In this document: positions 24,850 to 32,000 of the stretch, in pieces
How the letters are laid out: each line of letters begins with the position of its first letter
How positions within the stretch are numbered: the stretch's first letter is position 1
Source of the DNA: Nanobdellota archaeon
Lineage (GTDB): Archaea > Nanobdellota > Nanobdellia > Woesearchaeales > SM23-78
Assembly (NCBI GenBank): GCA_038046485.1
Contig: JBBSWA010000033.1
Coordinates: forward strand, 9,632-41,631
Length of the DNA: 32,000 nt
Reading direction: 5' to 3'
Translations under genes and position numbers: made by a program
Notes under the pieces: model-generated
Seen by the model: only the letters and a program-made list of their open reading frames with translations
What the model was told of the DNA's origin: nothing
Databases searched by the model: none

Positions 24850-27800
24850 GGATGAATCCCCTAAGCCAAAAAGGATTGATTCTCTTTGTACTGGCAGCCC
24901 TCTTCTTCATCCTCTTCTCATCTGTGACAGAGGCTGCCAACGCCACAGCCGTCTACCGAAGCAACACCGGCAGCTGTGCCACGAACGCCACGAACTGCCC
25001 CAAGATCCGCTTCTGGAACAGTACAGGGAACGGTGATTGGAGCAACGAAACTGAACTGCCAACAGCCGGCAGCCCCATCGAATGGACAGTCATACGCTTC
25101 AGCAATGTTTCTTCCAAACGAGTGATTGTCACGCAAAGTGCTGACGGACAACTGGACGGCTATGTTTCATACAACAACACCGACTGGACCGTCACCAACA
25201 ACCTCGACCGAGTTCACAATGGAAATATAGCCGCCAAAACCAGGATGTTCGACGTGCAGTTCGAAACCAGCACCGGCAACGCCCTTTTAGTGTTCGGCAT
25301 TGGCAGTGCCAACGCAGCGTGTGACCTGGGCTACCGCATATTGCTGGCAAACGACACGAGTTGGGCCAACAATGGAACCAATTGTTACAATGACGTGAAC
25401 TTCGCAAACGACATGCAATACACATGGATTCATTCCGACCGCAATTACGCAGACACTAGCAACCAGATCATCGTCAGTGGTTTCTACGCAAACGGCAGTG
25501 ACATTCGGGCCTGGGTGTGGAACAACTCTGTATTCACCAACCCAAGAAACATCACCATGGTCTCCTCCTCGACGACCGGCCAGAATTTTGATGTGAGTTG
25601 CAGCAACACTGCAGGATGCTGGGTAGCTGCAGGAACCGATACAAATGGAAACGTAAGCGCACACAACTGGACAGGCAGCGCGTGGCAACAAACCCTAGGC
25701 TGCGACCCCACCAACGCCGGCCAGGACGTCACTTGGCTCAGTCTCAAAGCCGACCCCCTTACTGATGATCTCCAGATCGCTGTTTCGGACACCGGGACCG
25801 ACCTGGACGCGTGCTACTGGACAGGCAGCGCGTGGACCGCCGTCACCCAAATTGATGCCGACATTGATGGCACTACGACACGACTCTTTGACGTCGCTTG
25901 GAACACGTCAACCAACAGCACCAGTACAGACGCCAAGTTGATATGGGATACCGACACGACCGGCATTGGCCTACGCGTACGAAGCTGCACACCAGCCTGC
26001 AACAGTCAAACATTGGGCTCAGTGAGCAGCTACCCTTCCACTGGAAACTGGTTGTCTTTATACCGCGTAAATCCAGATCCCAATACGAACGTTGCCATGC
26101 TCGGCCTTCGCATGAACATCACCCCCTTTGGCATCGGCAGCTTCGCCATCCTAAATACAACCGGCAATTTCACCCAAGCGGGCACGTACGGCAACAGCAG
26201 CCTGACCAGCAACGCGTTCGTTGGCACTACGGAAGGAAGCTTCCTTGCCTTCCAACAATCAAGCGAAAACCGAAGTATGATCCCCTTTGTCACAGCCGTG
26301 CAAGCCCTTTCCAAAAAACTCCTCAACAACAGCGCCCTCAATGTAACTGCGAATGTGAGCAGCAGCGATGGACACAGTGTCTATACTGCCTATGCTACGG
26401 TCTATGCCCCCAATGGAAGCCTGTTCCAAACCCTTGCCCTCACCAATGGCGTTTCCATCATTTACACCAACGCCACGGAAAAATTCACCACCCTCCCCTT
26501 TGGAAACTGGCTTGTCAACATCTACGCCAATAACACCCGAGGCAGCTTCAACGACACGGAAAACACGACCTTTGCCATTTACCGCGCCCTGAACCAAAGC
26601 AAGACCATCACCATCGACGGAAACTTTGGCGACTGGGATGCCATTGTGAACACCACCGACCCCCTCACGGACAACACAGGCCCCATTGCAGGACAGCTCG
26701 CCGTCCACCGGCCCTACAATGGAAGCACTTCAGGCACAAACACCAATGCCAATGAAACGTATGATAACAGGCTCAATGACACTACGACCAAAATTGACCT
26801 GCTACTCAAAACAATATATAACGTAACTTATCAGCTACCAACTAAAACAACCCAAGGCCGCTTCTACACCACAATAGACTTTGATGGTGGTCCTGGAACC
26901 TCGTTGCGATTACAAGTCTATAATTGGAGCAATGGCACGTACCAGGCCTTCACCCTGTGCGCTAACCCAGTCACTTGTTCCGGAACGACAAGTTCTACAG
27001 ACGTAAGCCTAAACAACGGTTTAATCAACAGCACCGCCAACACCATGATTTTGTTTGACACCACTGGAGGCCCCACTACGGCTGACGTCAGCGACACCTA
27101 CATCAGCGTACCTGGCGGAACGTACGACTACCAAGGCATTACCAAACCCAGCCAGCCCATGAATGCAAGCAATGGCAGCGTCGCTATTGGAACCCCCTGT
27201 GCTTCCAACAGCGACCCTTACTGTGGGACTACACTCCAAGAATTTGCCACCAAAGAATACCACGCCGTTGCCCTTGAAAACAGCACCACCATGACACAGG
27301 TTTCATCCGGCACCAATTATGCCACTATGATCTTCCACTTCAACATCAGCGAAACTCGAGAAAACCCTCAAGAACTCACCCTGCGATGGATCGGAAGCTG
27401 GAGCGGAAACGGCAACCTCCAAGTTGGCTTCTACAACTATGGCAGCAGTGCATGGGATGGAGTATCCATTATAAGCGACAGTGCTTTCAAACCCCGAATC
27501 ATCAATGTCAGCAATGCCACCGACTACATCAATGACAACAAAATGGTCCACGTCCTCCTCCAAGGAGGCACGGGCATCGGCGGCAACCTCATCACCGACT
27601 ACGTCAGCCTATCCACCCTTGCCAAACCCAATCGAGACTTTGACCTCAACCAAGTCAAGCTGACCAACAACAACACCCACTTATTCGCGTACATGAAATT
27701 AAATGGCAGCGTCAACTTCAACAATGCCAGCCGATACTACCGCCTGTTTGTCTCCACCACGGAAAGCGGCCCCAACTCCACCACGCCCGAGACTTTCAAG

Positions 27801-30800
27801 CAACTGCCCTTCAACTACAGCTACCGCATCCAACTCAACAACTCGGCCTGCACCATTTTCAACAACAGCAACGTCACCCTCTCCGGCTGCACGTTTGCGA
27901 ATGATTCCGATGAGATTGAGCTTCAAGCACCCCTCTCCACACTTGATCTAACTACGGACAAAAACATCAACGTCACCTTTGAAACCAGCAGCGCCACCGA
28001 GCAATACGACACAGCACCTGACGCACAAAGCTTCCTTAATGTTTACCTGAATAATACTGTTGAAACACCTGCCCCCTGCGACAAACCCCTCACTGGAGAC
28101 TGGAATGTGAATAGCACACAAGTCTGCAACAACCAACTCATCAACCTCACCGGAAACTTAACGATTAACGGAACTGGCAATCTCACCTTCCACAACGTCA
28201 CGCTGATCATCAATGTCACGTACAATGGCACTTATGGCATCAATGTCAGCGGCACTTTCTTTATCAATCAAAGCAACATCACAGGCATCAACCAAACCAC
28301 CTGGCTCAGCAACCAATATACTTTCCGCACCTTCTCAGGAAGTAGCCTCACCCTTATCAACAGCAACGTCAGCCGTACTGGATGGACGAATTCCTTTGGG
28401 CGCCGAGGACTCGAAGCCAATGGAACCCTACAAAACTTCAGCGGAAACACCCTCGCCAGCAACTTCATTGGCCTCACGATCTACAGCAGCGGCAATAATA
28501 TCACCCAGAACACCATCCATAACGACCAAACAGGCGGAATGCTCTACGGCATCTACATACTTGGCGTAAGCGGCTACGCGCCCACCGCAAACCGCATCAC
28601 CAGCAACACCATACGAACCAATGGAACCAGCACCAAAGGCATACGACTCGAAACAAACGCCAACCAAACCAACATCACCGGAAACACAATAAACACCTGG
28701 GGAACCAGCAGCAGCAACATTGGAATCCTACTCACCACCAACACCGGAAACAACACCATCACCGCAAACACCATCAACACCAACGGAACCAACAACAACT
28801 ACGGCATCCAACTCACCACCAACACCCAAAACAACACCATCCAAGGAAACACCATATGGACCGACGGAAGCAGCAGCAGCAATCACGGAATCCTCCTATC
28901 CGGAACCGCCACCACCCTACTCCAAGGAAACCTCATCCAACACAACACCATCAACACCCAAGGAACCAGCACCGACATCGGCATCTACCTAATCACCAAC
29001 GTAAACCAAACCACAGTATACAACAACACCATCACCACCAAAGGAACCAACGACAACTACGGCATCAACTTTCTCATACAAGTAGGTAATAATACTATCA
29101 CTGGAAATACGATCAACACTGCTGGAACGAGTACCAACTACGGAATCTACCTAACCACCGACACAATCAACAATGCCATCACCGGAAACACCATCTGGAC
29201 AGACGGAACCATCAACAACAACTTCGGAATCTACCTACTAGGAACAGCAACCACACTAACCGACGGAAACATCATCCAACACAACACCATCCACACCAAC
29301 GGAACCGCTAGCAACTACGGCATCTACCTCAGCACCTACGTAAACAAAACTACCCTTCAAAATAACACCATCACCACACAAGGAAGAACAGGAGGAAACA
29401 ACTACGGAATCTACCTAACCACCGACACAATCAACAACAGCATCCAAGGAAACACTATAAACACCAATGGAACCGATACCGACTACGGCATCTACCTGAG
29501 TGACTCTGCTGACGGAAATGTCATTCAGGACGCTTACGTCAACACCACCCAATCCCCTGCCGTTGTCATCGAATCCAACCATAGCGTACTTTACAATGTA
29601 ACCGCCATCAGCAACAGCAGCAACGGCATCCAACTCAGCCTCAGCGCCTACAACAACACCATCAATTCCTCCTATGGATACAGCGAAACTGGAATCGGGA
29701 TCTACCTCTTACAAGACAGCCACAACAACAACATCAGCCATAGCACGGGCAACAGCACCCGCGGCGCAGGAGTACGCACGGGCAGCTACAACAACACCTT
29801 CATCAACCTAACCGCATTGACACGCTGGGGACAAGCCCTCTACTTCGGCTTTGCCAATGCCACAACTGTCATCGACCTTACTGCCCGAGCACCTGTCGGA
29901 ACAGGAGTCTTCCTTGCATACAGCAACAACATCACGATTCTTGGTGGAATGATCAACGCGAGCAACGGATTCAACTTCACCGACGCCAGCAATGACAACA
30001 ATTTCATTGACGTGAACCTGACCAATACCACTGCCGCACTGGATGTGTTCTTCAAAAGCACTGCAGCCGCAAACAGCGTGAACACCACCTTCCTCAATGT
30101 CACCTTTAGAAAGACAAACATTACTTACAGTTGTACGGGAGTCTGCACGTTTAATGTAAAATGGTGGCTGAATGTCAAAGTCAACACTTCTGACCAAACC
30201 AGCTTACAAAACGCCAACGTGACGATACGAGATGTAAATATAGCCCAACGGTTCACAGAACTCACCGACACCAACGGCCAGATCGTCATTAAAAACATCA
30301 CCGAGTACACCCAGACTGCGCTCAGCACCACACCTTTAACCAATTACACCATGAACGCCACCTCCCCCGACAGTGATATCATAGAACTGGAAACACCAAC
30401 CAGCCCGCACCGAAGCTTCAACCTCACCCAAAGCACTTACCTCTTTGTCACTTTCAGAGACACCTGTCAAGAACCCCTCACCGGCGAATGGAATGTGAAC
30501 AGCACCCAAATTTGCAGGAACAAAATCATCAACCTCACCGGCAACTTAACGATTAACGGAACAGGCAACCTCACCTTCCACAACGTCACCTTGATCATGA
30601 ACACCACATACAACGGCAGCAGCATGATCAACATCTCCGGCTACGCCACCATCAACCAAAGCAACATCACCGGAATCAACCAAACCGCCTCTCTCAGCTG
30701 GCAATACGCCTTCATCACTCGCGTCAAAAACGCCGGACCCGACCTCCCCAACAGTATAACCATCATCAACAGCCACATCTCAAGAACCGGATGGAACGAC

Positions 30801-32000
30801 GCCCTTGGACAGCGAGGACTCGAACTGAACAATACCCCTACCAACTTCAGTGGCAACAACATCACCAACAGTTTCATTGGACTAACCATTTATTCCAGCA
30901 ATACCTACATCCAAAACAGCAACATCACCGGAAATAAGTACGCCATCTACAGCACCCGCACAGGCGACAGCGTTACCAACCTCACCGTCCTAAATAATAA
31001 CATCGAAGCCTACAGCGCCTATGGAATATATTTTAACACCAACGTCAACAACAGCCTCCTACAAAGAAACACCATCACCACGTCTGGCAATACAGCCAAC
31101 AACTACGGGATCTACCTCTTCACTCAAGTAGGCAACAACACCATCACTGGAAACACCATCAACACCAACGGAACCGGCAGCAACTATGGCATCTACCTAC
31201 AAAACACCGCCAACAACAACAATCTCACCGGAAACACCATCAACACCGAAGGAGGAACCGCTGCCAGCAACAACTATGGAATCTATCTGACCGGAACAGC
31301 CACTACGCCTGTCATCAGCAACCTGATCCAACACAATGTCATCAAAACAAATGGAACCGCCACCAACTACGGAGTCTACCTCACTGGAAATGCCAACAAC
31401 ACGCTCATTCAAAACAACACCATCACCACACTCGGAAGAAACGGAGCCAACAACTACGGCATCTACCTGCAAAGTTACGTAGGCAACAACACCCTCACCC
31501 AAAACACCATCAACACCAACGGAACCACCGATAACTATGGCATCTACCTATCCACGATATCCACCAACAACAATCTCACCGGAAACACCATCAACACCGA
31601 AGGAAGCACCGCCACCAGCAACAGCTACGGGATCTACCTACGTGGAATCGACCAAGTTGGATTTGCGATCAGCCCCTCCATCAACAACCTCATCCAACAC
31701 AATGCCATCAAAACAAACGGAACCGACACCAACTATGGCATCTACTTCTTTACCAGTGTGAACCACACCACCACCACGAACAACACCATCACCACACTTG
31801 GAAGAAACGGAGCCAACAACCACGGCATCATCCTAAGCACTAATACAGGAAACAACACCATCGCCCAAAACACCATCAACACCAACGGAACCACGGATAA
31901 CTACGGAATCTACCTAACTACCAACACCATCAACAACAACCTAAGCGGGAACACCATCAACACCGAAGGAAGCACCGCTACCAGCAACAACTACGGCATC
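24846..32000 (+). CDS. giant surface protein, 5' part only (more than 2385 codons, open to the window edge): signal peptide, propeller-like module, beta-sandwich-like modules, two tandem parallel-beta-helix (PbH1/NosD-like) arrays
   Basis: The ATG at 24846 overlaps the TGA at 24847-24849. I read this frame codon by codon to 32000 without a stop. The N-terminus (EAANATAVYRSNTGSCATNATNCPKIRFW...) is paralogous to the 22330 gene. It has dozens of coils of the type NTI.TNGT..NYGIYL. It is not in the supplied ORF track. Confidence 0.9.
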   Translation, partial: MRMNPLSQKGLILFVLAALFFILFSSVTEAANATAVYRSNTGSCATNATNCPKIRFWNSTGNGDWSNETELPTAGSPIEWTVIRFSNVSSKRVIVTQSADGQLDGYVSYNNTDWTVTNNLDRVHNGNIAAKTRMFDVQFETSTGNALLVFGIGSANAACDLGYRILLANDTSWANNGTNCYNDVNFANDMQYTWIHSDRNYADTSNQIIVSGFYANGSDIRAWVWNNSVFTNPRNITMVSSSTTGQNFDVSCSNTAGCWVAAGTDTNGNVSAHNWTGSAWQQTLGCDPTNAGQDVTWLSLKADPLTDDLQIAVSDTGTDLDACYWTGSAWTAVTQIDADIDGTTTRLFDVAWNTSTNSTSTDAKLIWDTDTTGIGLRVRSCTPACNSQTLGSVSSYPSTGNWLSLYRVNPDPNTNVAMLGLRMNITPFGIGSFAILNTTGNFTQAGTYGNSSLTSNAFVGTTEGSFLAFQQSSENRSMIPFVTAVQALSKKLLNNSALNVTANVSSSDGHSVYTAYATVYAPNGSLFQTLALTNGVSIIYTNATEKFTTLPFGNWLVNIYANNTRGSFNDTENTTFAIYRALNQSKTITIDGNFGDWDAIVNTTDPLTDNTGPIAGQLAVHRPYNGSTSGTNTNANETYDNRLNDTTTKIDLLLKTIYNVTYQLPTKTTQGRFYTTIDFDGGPGTSLRLQVYNWSNGTYQAFTLCANPVTCSGTTSSTDVSLNNGLINSTANTMILFDTTGGPTTADVSDTYISVPGGTYDYQGITKPSQPMNASNGSVAIGTPCASNSDPYCGTTLQEFATKEYHAVALENSTTMTQVSSGTNYATMIFHFNISETRENPQELTLRWIGSWSGNGNLQVGFYNYGSSAWDGVSIISDSAFKPRIINVSNATDYINDNKMVHVLLQGGTGIGGNLITDYVSLSTLAKPNRDFDLNQVKLTNNNTHLFAYMKLNGSVNFNNASRYYRLFVSTTESGPNSTTPETFKQLPFNYSYRIQLNNSACTIFNNSNVTLSGCTFANDSDEIELQAPLSTLDLTTDKNINVTFETSSATEQYDTAPDAQSFLNVYLNNTVETPAPCDKPLTGDWNVNSTQVCNNQLINLTGNLTINGTGNLTFHNVTLIINVTYNGTYGINVSGTFFINQSNITGINQTTWLSNQYTFRTFSGSSLTLINSNVSRTGWTNSFGRRGLEANGTLQNFSGNTLASNFIGLTIYSSGNNITQNTIHNDQTGGMLYGIYILGVSGYAPTANRITSNTIRTNGTSTKGIRLETNANQTNITGNTINTWGTSSSNIGILLTTNTGNNTITANTINTNGTNNNYGIQLTTNTQNNTIQGNTIWTDGSSSSNHGILLSGTATTLLQGNLIQHNTINTQGTSTDIGIYLITNVNQTTVYNNTITTKGTNDNYGINFLIQVGNNTITGNTINTAGTSTNYGIYLTTDTINNAITGNTIWTDGTINNNFGIYLLGTATTLTDGNIIQHNTIHTNGTASNYGIYLSTYVNKTTLQNNTITTQGRTGGNNYGIYLTTDTINNSIQGNTINTNGTDTDYGIYLSDSADGNVIQDAYVNTTQSPAVVIESNHSVLYNVTAISNSSNGIQLSLSAYNNTINSSYGYSETGIGIYLLQDSHNNNISHSTGNSTRGAGVRTGSYNNTFINLTALTRWGQALYFGFANATTVIDLTARAPVGTGVFLAYSNNITILGGMINASNGFNFTDASNDNNFIDVNLTNTTAALDVFFKSTAAANSVNTTFLNVTFRKTNITYSCTGVCTFNVKWWLNVKVNTSDQTSLQNANVTIRDVNIAQRFTELTDTNGQIVIKNITEYTQTALSTTPLTNYTMNATSPDSDIIELETPTSPHRSFNLTQSTYLFVTFRDTCQEPLTGEWNVNSTQICRNKIINLTGNLTINGTGNLTFHNVTLIMNTTYNGSSMINISGYATINQSNITGINQTASLSWQYAFITRVKNAGPDLPNSITIINSHISRTGWNDALGQRGLELNNTPTNFSGNNITNSFIGLTIYSSNTYIQNSNITGNKYAIYSTRTGDSVTNLTVLNNNIEAYSAYGIYFNTNVNNSLLQRNTITTSGNTANNYGIYLFTQVGNNTITGNTINTNGTGSNYGIYLQNTANNNNLTGNTINTEGGTAASNNYGIYLTGTATTPVISNLIQHNVIKTNGTATNYGVYLTGNANNTLIQNNTITTLGRNGANNYGIYLQSYVGNNTLTQNTINTNGTTDNYGIYLSTISTNNNLTGNTINTEGSTATSNSYGIYLRGIDQVGFAISPSINNLIQHNAIKTNGTDTNYGIYFFTSVNHTTTTNNTITTLGRNGANNHGIILSTNTGNNTIAQNTINTNGTTDNYGIYLTTNTINNNLSGNTINTEGSTATSNNYGI

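Noticed and set aside
24918-31823. About 30 track ORFs of 60-211 aa on both strands inside 24.9-31.8 kb, for example 25898-26533 (+), 26259-26708 (-) and 27021-27263 (-).
   Set aside because: None of them is in the frame of the giant ORF. Their translations are low-complexity by-products of the A+C-rich repetitive coding strand (His/Gln/Pro-rich or Val/Gly-rich). They all lie inside one coherent reading frame of more than 2385 codons.
1-32000. tRNA, rRNA, SRP RNA and RNase P RNA genes.
   Set aside because: I scanned the intergenic regions for T-arm GGTTCRAAT, for RNase P GGAAAGTCC-type blocks and for SRP helix-8 motifs, and found nothing convincing.

Overview
This is a compact archaeal chromosome segment. 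The archaeal call rests on PAN, FEN1, L37Ae, RpoP, Pcc1, prefoldin beta, UPF0147 and Trm5. A DPANN-like episymbiont origin is only an inference from gene content and giant surface proteins. Positions 1-18.6 kb carry housekeeping genes: tldD/pmbA, pan, trm5, two EamA transporters, fen1, a membrane desaturase, a PHP phosphoesterase, the rpl37ae-rpoP-pcc1-pfdB-UPF0147 cluster and an MscS-like channel. These are interspersed with two RelE/ParE-type toxin-antitoxin pairs and a secreted vWA/Cys-rich-repeat protein. From 18.9 kb to the window edge lies a four-gene operon joined by ATGA stop/start overlaps. It encodes a tandem-HTH protein, a membrane-anchored LamG protein, a secreted propeller-like LamG protein, and a giant beta-helix surface protein. 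The giant ORF (24846 to beyond 32000, more than 2385 codons) is absent from the supplied ORF track because it has no stop in the window. The most unusual non-coding signal is a family of three intergenic structured elements (about 2180-2352, 10973-11095, 17819-18048). They share closing stems with compensatory changes, conserved core blocks and variable hairpin insertions. Other observations are listed as findings: a TA cassette flanked by a duplicated pmbA 3' end that differs only at synonymous sites, a recurring CAGAAAT/ATTTCTG hairpin module, a structured rpl37ae leader, and several tandem-repeat regulatory regions. No tRNA, rRNA or CRISPR array was recognised.
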